In this document: positions 40,844 through 51,694 of the stretch, in pieces
How positions within the stretch are numbered: the first letter of the stretch is position 1
Layout of the letters: each line of letters starts with the position of its first letter
DNA from: Azolla caroliniana
Taxonomy: Eukaryota; Plantae; Polypodiophyta
Assembly: GCA_043228905.1 (NCBI GenBank)
Contig: JBHGNT010000005.1
Location: forward strand, 12,338,001 to 12,402,000
Length of the DNA stretch: 64,000 nt
Direction: 5' to 3'
Notes under the pieces: model-generated
What the model saw: only the letters and a program-made list of their open reading frames with translations
Database searches by the model: none
Told to the model about the DNA's origin: nothing
Made by a program: the position numbers and the translations under genes

Positions 40844-41309
40844 TGTCATAGACAAGATGTCACATGGATTGGTGGGGGCTGAACCCATGACCTTCTGGTC
40901 TTATTAGACAACCTTACCAATTGAGCTACATCCATCAATACATTATTGTATTGTCTAAGGCTCAACTTATTTCATTATAGATTGATCACTAGAACTTTCA
41001 AGAATCTTCTAGAGAATGCATCTTCATGCACTCTCTAGAAGTCTTCTAGCTTTCATGCATACCTCCACATTCTTGTATAAATACTAGGGTGCACCTTGAT
41101 TACAATCAAGGTGAACAACACCAGTTACGAAAGCATATACAGTTCTTGTTTATTTGTCTATCCTCTCTCTTGCTTGTTCTCTTGTCTATGCTCTCTCTCC
41201 CGCTATCTCTTAATATTGAGCCTCGTCTACTCGTCCTTGACAATCTTGTGATCTTGCTTATGCTCTCGCTCTCTCTTAGTACTTAGCCTCATTCCACCCG
41301 TTCGTGATA
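40844..41309 (+). mobile_element. Solo LTR with 5-bp TSD GGCCC, inserted in a GC hairpin of the non-autonomous hAT
   Basis: TGTCAT...CGTGATA (terminal CA decayed to TA); GGCCC at 40839-40843 and 41310-41314; TATA tataaata ~41076. Confidence 0.8.
40864..40935 (-). other. tRNA-like cassette (Pol III A/B boxes) inside an LTR U3
   Basis: 72 nt: ATGGATG TAGCTCAATTGG ... ATGGG TTCAGCC CCCAC CAATCCAT. It has an A box, a T arm and an acceptor-like stem, but a non-canonical anticodon arm. Confidence 0.75.
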
Positions 41310-41456
41310 GGCCCCACGAATGTGAGTATGTCAATCTATGCATACTTATACTCCTTAGGGAAAAAAAGATGTTTTTGATATTTCCGCAAATACCCCTATC
41401 CTTCTCAGCTTTAGTTATGTCATTTTCGAGAGTTTTCCCTCACACTATGTGGAAGT

Positions 41457-41502
<46 letters not shown>
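41457..41502. repeat. (CT)n microsatellite at the LINE 3' end
   Basis: Uninterrupted CT run. Confidence 0.95.
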
Positions 41503-41507
<5 letters not shown>

Positions 41508-43630
41508 AAATGTATGTTTATATTAAAACAATCATGAAAATACAAAAAACCTTGCTATCAAAATTAGCGATGTGGCAAGGGCAACCTTCTAAGGTGCTGC
41601 AATACAAAATGACACAAATGTAACTCATCTAGGGACAAAGTTCCCATACAACATAACTGTGAAAATTGCCACATCAACTTTCCTCTTATCCTACATATCT
41701 GTTGAGATACTCCAGAAAGCCCATCAAATAAGAAACCATTCCACAAGTTCCAAATATAACACATGCCCAAGTACCTCAAATAATCAAACACAAACGTATA
41801 CTCTAGGGATGGTAAAACTCTATCACCTTCAATGAAAACCCATTGAAAAGGTGACAAAACATTTCCAGTCAATGACCCCCATAGTTGTGATATAACTATC
41901 CATATACTTTTAGTAACCTGGCAAGATATAAACTTGTGTCGAGAATATTCATCAATCGTCATACAAAAGACACATGTACCACTACCAATGTGTCTTCGTT
42001 TTAAAGCCATAGCCAAAGGTAACCCACCAACCATAGCACGCCAAAGAAACACCTTTGCACGGAAAGGAAGATGAGACTTCCATCCTGCATCTAAAACTCT
42101 AACACACCATTCACTTCCACGGATAATGTGCCATGTATCCAAAACCTTGCTCTGTACCCAAACTCTATCCTTAACCAACTTATGGAAAACATCGTTAGTG
42201 TTCACTGCAAATAATGATTTCTTGTTATAAAAAAACCAATCATTCCACGGTTCCACCACCACCAATTGTGGAATCAGTGATGATAAAATAGGAAATTGTA
42301 CTACTGTTTGTCAAATCTGACCATACCCAGGAGGTATATGAAATCTACTTCTCACAGTTCGAAAATCCATCATCTGCCTCTATGACTCTAAAATACCATC
42401 CTCCACAGTTACCAAACCTAGTTTTTCCATTCTATTAAACTTTGACTTTAAATTGTCTTTTCCATCCCATTGTAATAATCTTGAAGATGCTATCACCTCT
42501 GCTGGCAAAAAGTTGCAATCTTTTCTACATTCAGGTGGTTTCCAATTGAACAACTTCAAACTTTTTTGCCAAGAGACGACTAAATGTTGAACAATAGTAG
42601 ATTCTGAACATCTAAATGATTGAGTGCTATTAATAACATGCCACCATGAAGTTCTAATTTTTGTTTAACCATGTCGTATCCCTACATTCTCCACAAAATA
42701 ACAAATTATCTCTGCCCATGGTTGAGAACCTTAACATATCTCTTTCAAGAGACTAAACCTTCGAGCAACTAGATGATCTTCCAAATTGAGTAAACCAACT
42801 CCTCCTAAATGTTTCAGGATACATATATGAAGCCATGAAACCCAACTGATACCAATGTTGGACTCTTTCTTCCATAACGTATACCTAAGAGCACGAGCCA
42901 ACTGATCAATTGATTTCTTTGTCCAAGGTAACAAAGGGAAAAAATATCAAATCATCGGAATCATAATTGCTTGCACCACTTTAAGACGAGTAGCAAACGT
43001 CCAAGCTTACGACTTCCAATATATAAATTTATCTGATATGGTCTTAGATATCTAAGTTAGGCTTTACTTTGGTGAAATACCCACACCAATCAGATAAACC
43101 AAATGAAGACAAATATTCCCTTTATCTAATATTCGGCCACTCCAACCAAGATTAACCAAATCTTGTTGAGTACATCTAATCAACAATGACTTCTGCATAT
43201 TAATATGTAAACCTGATGCTAATGCAAACACCTTCCACACCTCCATTGCTTTGGCTATGTTACTGGGATGCGCCTTAAGAAACAAAAAAGAATCATCTGC
43301 CAATGCTTGAGCTATCAGCTATTTTCCTGAGGGTAAAACAAGTCCCACTATATCTCGACATATCGCTAACTCATGCATTTTAACCAATTTTGGGTGGGTA
43401 ACAATGGCAAATAATAATGGACTCAATGGACATCCTTGTCTCACTGACCTTGTTAATGATATTGCCTTAGTCACTCCACCATTTAACATGACATGTGACA
43501 CTGCACCTAATCCCAACATAAATGACAATCGAGACATCCTTGTACCAAAACCCATCTCCGACATAAGTTGGGCAAGAAATGACCAATTGACATGATCATA
43601 AGCCTTCTCAATATCCAATTGTATCATAAT
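41503..43630 (-). mobile_element. L1-type LINE ORF2 pseudogene (RT and C-terminal zinc-binding region), cut by a copia insertion
   Basis: Motifs LDIEKAYDHVNW, VRQGCPLSPLLF, ADDSFLFL, GGVGLLNL and KVFLWR...CVFC...; multiple stops and frameshifts. Confidence 0.9.
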
Positions 43631-43701
43631 TGTAAAGAAATGAGGAGCAAGAGTGACTGAGATGCAGCGGAAGGAATGTGTGTGTGTGTGTACGTAAGGC
43701 A

Positions 43702-43750
<49 letters not shown>

Positions 43751-44721
43751 TTAAGACAGAGATAAAAGATTGTATGTTACATTAACCAAAATACTTCCAA
43801 AACAGTAACTAAGTTACAAGGGTTTGGTTTAAATACCAACTAAACTAGGGCAAGTGCCCTTCTACTATTTACAAAACTAGCTTGGTACGACCATAAGCTA
43901 GTGTGAAACCTATTACTATGGGAAGTTGAGTTCGACTCTCAACACACCCCTTCGAACACAACTTCCATTTGTCAAAAAGTTGTTTCGGTTCAGTCTTCGA
44001 AATCTGGCTTCCGCTCGAACTGGATTGTTCGGCTTTTTGGCTTCATGCTCGGTTTGATTAACTACGTGTTGCATACTCACGTATCGTTGCATGTTGCGTA
44101 CTCGATCAATTGCGTATAGTGCGCATGTCGCTCGCAGTACTCCCCCTCAAGCTCAACAATGTGGATGTCGTGAGACCAAGATCCGATGCGAATTTCCCGA
44201 GCATGTCGACTCTTAAGGCCTTCGTAAAAATATCAGCAACTTGGAGGTGCGTACTGATATGTAGTAGATCGATTTCTCTGGCTTGTACGCGCTCGTGGAT
44301 GAAGTGGTAGTGCACTTCGATATGCTTAGTATGCGCGTGAAATATGAGGTTTCGTGCCAAGCATATGTTGCTCATGTTGTTGCAGTATAGGCGAATCGGA
44401 TCTTTGATGGGACGCCCAGATCCTTCAGAATACGCTTGAGCCATACGGCTTTGCATGCGGCGATTGCTGCACCCTTGTATTCGGCTTCCGTGCTCGACAA
44501 TGCGACTGTTGTTTGCTTCTTACTGCTCCAGGAGATCACTCCGCTACCAAGGGAGAAGACGAATCTGGATGTGGATCGTCTATCCGCTTTGTATCCTGCC
44601 CAATCCATGTCTGTGTATCCTTCGAGTCGAATGGTCGTATTTGACTGATACATAATGCCGTAATCCATCGTTGTACTGACATACCGGAGTATCCTCTTAG
44701 CGCAATCGAGATGAAAGTTTC
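43631..44721 (-). mobile_element. 3' part of copia element C (3' LTR 43631-43944, RNase H), interrupted at 44722
   Basis: TG...CA LTR with adjacent PPT; GYTDMDWAG...STEAEY...HTKHIEVHYHFI. The rest is presumably beyond the window. Confidence 0.85.
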
Positions 44722-47700
44722 TGTTACCACTTAGGAACATTGTCTACTCTCAGTCCTTCGAGGTAGACTTCAAGGTGATTGTGGTGCAAAGAATAGATCT
44801 GTAGGTGCGTGAAGCGTAACAGGCTTACAAAGCAAAGCGTATCGTCTGGACGTGAAGGGAGACGGCTACAACCAAATCTCATCAGTGCATGATTTCATAT
44901 ACACACTTATCCTACGATTACTAGCCCACAATTATCAACAGAGTACTACACCGAATCAGTAGACGACTTACACAAACACGGGAATCAGAGAAGATAGTAT
45001 TTTATTAGAAAAGGTAGCTCCCTAATTACCAGCTAGCTCTTTACAAAGGATTTTTGCCCTTTATATACACAAGTCTTTTAGTCCGTTACGCTCCTAGCGT
45101 AAACCGTTACATGTGTTTCTTTAACGCTTCTAATAATATATTCTACTCGTCTAAGTGTCAGGTCTGGCGGACAACACTTGACACGCTTGTGGGACAATGC
45201 CATGGCATGTTGTCGTGATGATTTTCATCCATAGTGAGAAAACCGAGCGGGATAAAGAAAATGGGGATGTGCAATGTTGCACATGCACTTGTACATTTGT
45301 ATATAAAAATAAGATAACAAAATGTAAAGGGGAAGGGTATTAACCTAAGGTGCTAAAGGTGCTCCACAGAGTTTGTTAAGTGTAAATGTGATGTGCACTT
45401 GGTAGACTAGATAGAGGTACGTGAAGAATAAGTGAAGGGAGTAATGGGCATTGAATAGGACGGTTAGAGGAGTGAGAGTTATGGCCAACGGTCCCAAGAT
45501 TGAGATCAAATATTCTCCTTTGAAAAGGAGAAGGGGGTTTGACCACTCCTCTGGTAATGTGCCTCACTAACAATCGGCAACGGTTCGGTTTGGAGTTCCC
45601 AAACCCAAACAGGTTCAAACCGAACTCTTAAGAAAAAGTTGAAACTTAAACCAAACTGAATCGAACCACGATACCATCCAAACCGAAATCGTCAAAATCG
45701 AAACTATCTAAACCGAACCATTTATAAAAAAATCAAACCTAAACCAAACGGTTTCAGAGACTTATGAACCGTTAAGCTGCTAAAACCATTAAACCGCGGT
45801 TTAATGGTTTGGTTTTGGTTTCCTTTAATAAACATATTATCAATGTTTTTTCTAAAATTTACATAAGCCCACATGCTAACATTATGATGACATCTAACAA
45901 TAAATAAAAGATATTCAAAAATGTTAAAACTTGCCAGAACATGTCAATAACTTCCAAACATGTATATAATATGATATTGATTCAATGGCCAAACATTGTA
46001 ATACTTTGATTCCACCAATTAGGTTTATTTCTAATCAATATAAAAATGGAATTTGGGTTTATCCACGATCAGTTACATGTCAATAACTTCAAAACATGTA
46101 TATATGTACAAAATGACATTGATGCAATGACATTGATTCCACCATGTAATATTGTTTTTAAACAAATAATGTAAACTGCATCTGTTTCAGAAGTAGAGAT
46201 TGTTCCAACATCCTCTTTATCGTCGTATGGGGTTAATGGCACTTCGGGGATATGCACCTCAGCATCATGGTTTGTGCCATTCTTTAGTAGTTCCAATGGG
46301 CTAAAAACCAAAAAATTAACAAAGAAAGGCCCATGCCACCAAGCAACAACAAAAACCAAAATACGACTTCCATGCATTTACCATGTTTCGGAATCGATGT
46401 GAGTCGAGGATAGAATGAAGACCTTAGAAAATATCCAAAAGTCATGTGATATTTTATAAATATGAATAACAAGAGTATGAAACTAAAAAGAAATATATGG
46501 GTAATTAAACACATGATCTTGTTTTACTCAGCATATAGTCCACTACATCATCCTCCATAGCAATATCTTCCATATCTATACCCAAGTTATAACTAGGAGA
46601 TGTGAAGCAAACCTGTTGTTGAACCACCATTGAAGTGGATCCGTATCTGTTTTTGCTGGAGGAAATCTCATAAATTGTTCCATTTCTAATTGTGAAGAAG
46701 ACATTGATTCTTGAGAAGGCTTATTGACACCTAAGATTTCCCAAATGTCCTCATGTTTTGTAAGATTTCTGACATATGTTTCATCAGTAGTGTTTGGAAC
46801 ATCAACGACATACTTTTCTTCCAATACTTTGTGAACCAAATCAATATCCAAATTCCTCTCAATTGTGTTATTGGGTATTGGAACTCTGAAAACACATATG
46901 AAGATGAATGCCATTATGTATGAGAAAAAAGAGTAGTAGTAAATTTATTATGTATGAGAAAAACTATTAACATATTACATACCGTGGATTGAGAAAGGTC
47001 GCAATGCGAGAAGGTATGGACTTCAATGATTCTTGGTATCTTATCAAATATTGTAAGCATTTCTCACTAGCTTTTTCTTGCACTTCAAGAGTTTCCTTGC
47101 TTGAGCTAGATTCCATTGACTCCACGTCCTCTCCCAAATACTTGTTACAATGTGTTAACAAGCCATTGAAGGCAAGAGACGCTTTTGAGAGGGTGGGGTA
47201 CTTTGACCCACTAAAATATGTACAAATTCTAGCAGGTAGAAGTAGCCATTGCTCCATTGCTTGTATGTGGTTCCAATCATCTATGGTAATCATATTATCA
47301 ACAAATTCCACAGCAATAATAGAGTCCGCTATAGTGCAACTCAAAACATCTTTGAGTTTCAAGGCTTCTTGGTACATTTCTAAGGTGGAATTCCATCTAG
47401 TAATGATATCAAGACAAGGTGGCTCCTGCTCTCCATGTTCATACATTGATCTAGAATATTTTCTAAATATAGCTCTACGAACTTTACTAGAACGTATGGA
47501 TAACAAAATATTTCTCAACTTCATAGTGGAAGGTGAGATGACCTCTAATGCAGACTTAATACCAAGTTGAAATACATGAACCATACATCTCAACATATTT
47601 GACGAAGGTAAAATATCATTTCCATGCATATCATGTAACAATCTACCCAACTCAGTCGAGGCCATAATAGCATCACTAGCACCATTAGATGATATGGATA

Positions 47701-48197
47701 AAATATGAGAAGAAATACCAAAGGATTTTACATGTGTAAAGAATCAAGAGATGGATCTTGTGAAGCGGAAGAGATATGAGTTATGTGTGTGTATGAGAGA
47801 GAGAGAGAGTGAGAGAGACAAGGAATAAGACACAGAGAATACGCAAGGTAAAAGTATATTAACAAAGGAGAAAGACTCAACATTGTACAAGGTGGGAGGA
47901 GGGTGCTTTATGTAGTCGCCCTCTCTCTTCATTAACTACAAGACTCATGGAGCATGGGGAATGTGAAAGCTTATAAGTTATGTGTCATAGAATATGATTC
48001 TATGACTCATACTAAATGCTAGAATACAAGGTGGTGACATAATGGTGACTCTTGACCGTTGGAGTGTCTCTTCACTCTCAAGGTGAGTTCACACACTAGA
48101 CCAAGTTGAGCTTGATTCTCAACACACCCCCTCAAGCTCAAGTTGGGTTGGTTTCAGACGGTATCCGAAATCCGCTTCAACTCGCGTTTCGGAGTCC

Positions 48198-49520
48198 GCG
48201 TCGAGTCGCATCGACTTGCTTTATGCGGAGTTGCGGAATCCGTGCTCCAGCTTGTGTTGTGCGAAGTCTGTGCTTCGGCTTGCGTCTTTCTTCGCGGCTT
48301 TGTGCGGTAGATCGGCTCTTCGCGGCTTCGTTGCGCGGTTGCATAATCCACGCGTTATTGCGTAGTGTGCGCGGTTTGCGGAATCCACTCGTTATTGCGT
48401 AGCGTCTTCAGTACTCCCCCTCAAGCTTGGTAGGTTAGGGATCGTCAATCCGAGATCGGTCATGAATTGCCACAACTTGTCGGCTCCTAAGGCTTTAGTG
48501 AAGATCTTGGTTGTTTGAAGATTTGTGCTAATGTGTTGTAGGTCGACATCGCCAGCTAGAACGCGATCTCGGATGAAGTGATAGTGCACTTCGATGTGTT
48601 TTGTCCACGCGTGGAACACTGGGTTTTGAGCCAAATAGATACTGCTCATGTTGTCACAGTAAAGGGAAGTCGGATCCTTGATGGGTACGCCCAGATCCTT
48701 CAAAATCCTCTTGAGCCATACGACTTCACACGCAACTATGGCTGCGCCCCTGTATTCCGCCTCCGTACTCCAAAGAGCGACGGTAGGCCGCTTCTTGCTA
48801 CTCCAGGATATTACTTTGCTGCCGAGGGAGAAAACAAATCTGGAGGTTGATCTTCTATCAGCGTCGAGTCACATTGACTTGCTTTATGCGGAGTTGCGGA
48901 ATCCGTGCTCCAGCTTGTGTTGTGCGAAGTTTGTGCTTCGGCTTGCGTCTTTCTTCGCGGCTTTGTGCGGTAGATCGGCTCTTCGCGGCTTCGTTGCGCG
49001 GTTGCGTAATCCACGCGTTATTGCGTAGTGTGCACGGTTTGCGGAATCCACGCGTTATTGTGTAGCGTCTTCAGTACTCCCCCTCAAGCTTGGTAGGTTA
49101 GGGATCGTCAATCCGAGATCGGTCATGAATTGCCACAACTTGTCGGCTCCTAAGGCTTTAGTGAAGATCTTGGTTGTTTGAAGATTTGTGCTAATGTGTT
49201 GTAGGTCGACATCGCCAGCTAGAACGCGATCTCGGATGAAGTGATAGTGCACTTCGATGTGCTTTGTCCACGCGTGGAACACTGGGTTTCGAGCCAGATA
49301 GATACTGCTCATGTTGTCACAGTAAAGGGAAGTCGGATCCTTGATGGGTACGCCCAGATCCTTCAAAATCCTCTTGAGCCATACGGCTTCACACGCAACT
49401 ATGGCTGCGCCCCTGTATTCCGCCTCCGTACTAAGAGCGACGGTAGGCTGCTTCTTGCTACTCCAGGATATTGCTTTGCTGCCGAGGGAGAAAACAAATC
49501 TGGAGGTTGATCTTCTATCA
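48198..49520 (-). repeat. Tandem duplication (~660 bp x2) of the RNase H end and 3' spacer of copia D
   Basis: Units 48198-48860 and 48861-49520; GC microhomology at the junction. Confidence 0.9.
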
Positions 49521-51607
49521 GCTTTGTAGCCGGCCCAATCGGCGTTTGTGTACCCCTCGAGTCGTATTGGCATCGCGGTCTTGTAGAGGATGCCACGATC
49601 CATTGTGCCGCTCACGTAGCGTAGAACTCGCTTAACACAATCCAAGTGAGTATCACACGGTGTTTGCATGAATTGGCGTAGGAGACCGATCGGATAACTA
49701 AGATCGGGTCGAGTGATCGTGAGGTAGATGAGACTCCCGATGAGTTGCCGATACTGAGTCGACTCACACACTTTGGTGCCGGAGTTCGCATCTAGTTTGA
49801 GATTACGATCGAGCGGGGTTGCCACGGATTTGCACTTAGCCATACCGAAGTTGTATAACAAGTTGAGGATGTAGTGCCGTTGAGAAATCATGATTCCGAC
49901 CGGAGTCCAAATGACCTCGATGCCGAGGAAGTAGTGGAGCTCCTTCATGTCTGTCATCTCGAACTTGTTGAAAAGGAGGGATTTGACTTTATTGATTTCG
50001 ACGAGATGCTCACCTCAAATGACTAGGTCATCCACATATAAGATGATGATGATCGGACTTGCGGAATCGCTTCGTATGTAGAGGGAGTTGTCCGATTTGG
50101 ACATATGGAAGCCGATTTGATTAAGATATTGCGTTATCTTCGAATGCCAAGCACGCGATGCTTGCTTGAGGCCGTAGAGTGGCTTCTTGAGTCGGCATAC
50201 AACTTTTGGATGGGTGCTCGAGTTGAAGCTGAGTGGTTGTATCATGTACACCTCCTCTTCTAATTCACCTTGTAGAAAGGCGTTCTTGACGTCCATTTGA
50301 TGGAGGTGACACCCTTTCGCTGCGGCAAGCGCAATTACGGTCCGTACCGTCGTCATCTTTGCCACCGGGGCAAAGATCTCCTTGTAGTCAACTCTGTGCG
50401 TTTGGGTGTAGCCTTTCGCTACGAGTCGCGCTTTGTAGCGGTTGACGGAGCCGTCCGCGTTGTACTTCACTTTGTAAATCCATCTGCATCTGATCATCTT
50501 TTTGTGTGGTGAGATGGGAACGAGATCCCACGTCTCGTTCTTGTGTAGTGCCTACATCTCCTCGTTCATGGATTCGATCCATCGCGGATCCTTGGCTGCT
50601 TCGGAGAATGTTTCTGGCTCGCGTACTATCTCCACATTCATCATAAAGGCATAGTGATATGCCATGTAGTCATTGTAGCCGAATCGGTTAACCGGAATCT
50701 TTTCACAGGTGGAGCGGCAGAGCTTTTCATTTGTAGAGATGAGGGCTTTCTTAGCTCCAATTGGTACATCGAAGCCACCGAACTCACTGTCGAGTGAGTG
50801 AGTCGACGCATCGTTGTTGAGGTGATCGTCTGCGTATTCCGCCATTTTTGACTTGGCTTTGTCCATCTTTGGGCTAGGCTGTGATGTGCTTTGATCGCTC
50901 AAAGGCTCTTGTGGTCAGCTTAGTCAAGGCGTGATCGGACTTTCTTCGAACATGCGCGTAAGGCGATCTTCATCCTCTATCTCTTGTTCGGTTGATTCCA
51001 GGTAGAGCGGAGTCGGAGTCGAAGTTGTCTCTGGTGCGTACCAGGATGCAGACTCGTAAAAAACGAAGTTGTCGTGCCTCTCGGCGCCGGATCGTTACGT
51101 GAGTCGGGTGGGAACCACTAGGGTTTTGCATTAGGAGAAAGGAGATCGTGAGATAGAGATTAATTATGAGTAGATAGCAAAGAGAAAGATAAGAAACTCG
51201 TGAATCACAAGAGTATACTATATTAATTGGTACTTAGGTTGTTAAGGAAGAAGTAGATGCATAAATCGTGAATCCCACGAATAATTTTTATATTGATCAA
51301 TACTTAATCCAAAAAAATAACCAACCCTTATACATCTTTCTCTCCTCCTTATATAAGGACGGGAGAGGCTAAGCATAGCTTCTTGCTTTTCTAAAGTGTT
51401 CATGCCCTCTAAATTTGCATGCTTTACTTTTCCCACTACGATTTCCTAAATTTAGCATTCATGCCCGCTACATGTGCATGTGTAATTTTATTAGTGTACA
51501 TATAAATAAAGTTTTCACGCATTCTAAAAATGCATGACTTACCTTTTAATAAAGGTAGGCGAAAATAAAGGTTTTATACGTATTAAATCTATATTTGAAA
51601 CACTCAG

Positions 51608-51694
51608 AATAAGTTAGTATAATGGTAAGGCTGGAGTTTGTTTGCATGGAGGTGCAGGGTTTGAATCCTGCCCTATGCACGTTACAGAAATTTT
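51608..51694 (+). other. tRNA-like A/B-box cassette in the gypsy 3' LTR (second copy at ~58128-58214 in the 5' LTR)
   Basis: A box TAGTATAATGG 51615-51625; B box GGTTTGAATCC 51658-51668 within a GCAGG/CCTGC stem; TTTT at 51691-51694. Confidence 0.65.

Larger units (their letters stand above)
39964..41340. mobile_element. Non-autonomous hAT-type element just upstream of HLB1
   Basis: TIRs CATAGATTGAC / GTCAATCTATG; 8-bp TSD CATACATA (39956-39963) / CATACTTA (41341-41348); internal (TA/CA) tracts and a duplicated ~100-bp block. Confidence 0.7.

Noticed and set aside
40864-40935. Functional tRNA gene
   Set aside because: No canonical 7-nt anticodon loop, weak D stem, and it is embedded in an LTR; kept only as tRNA-like.
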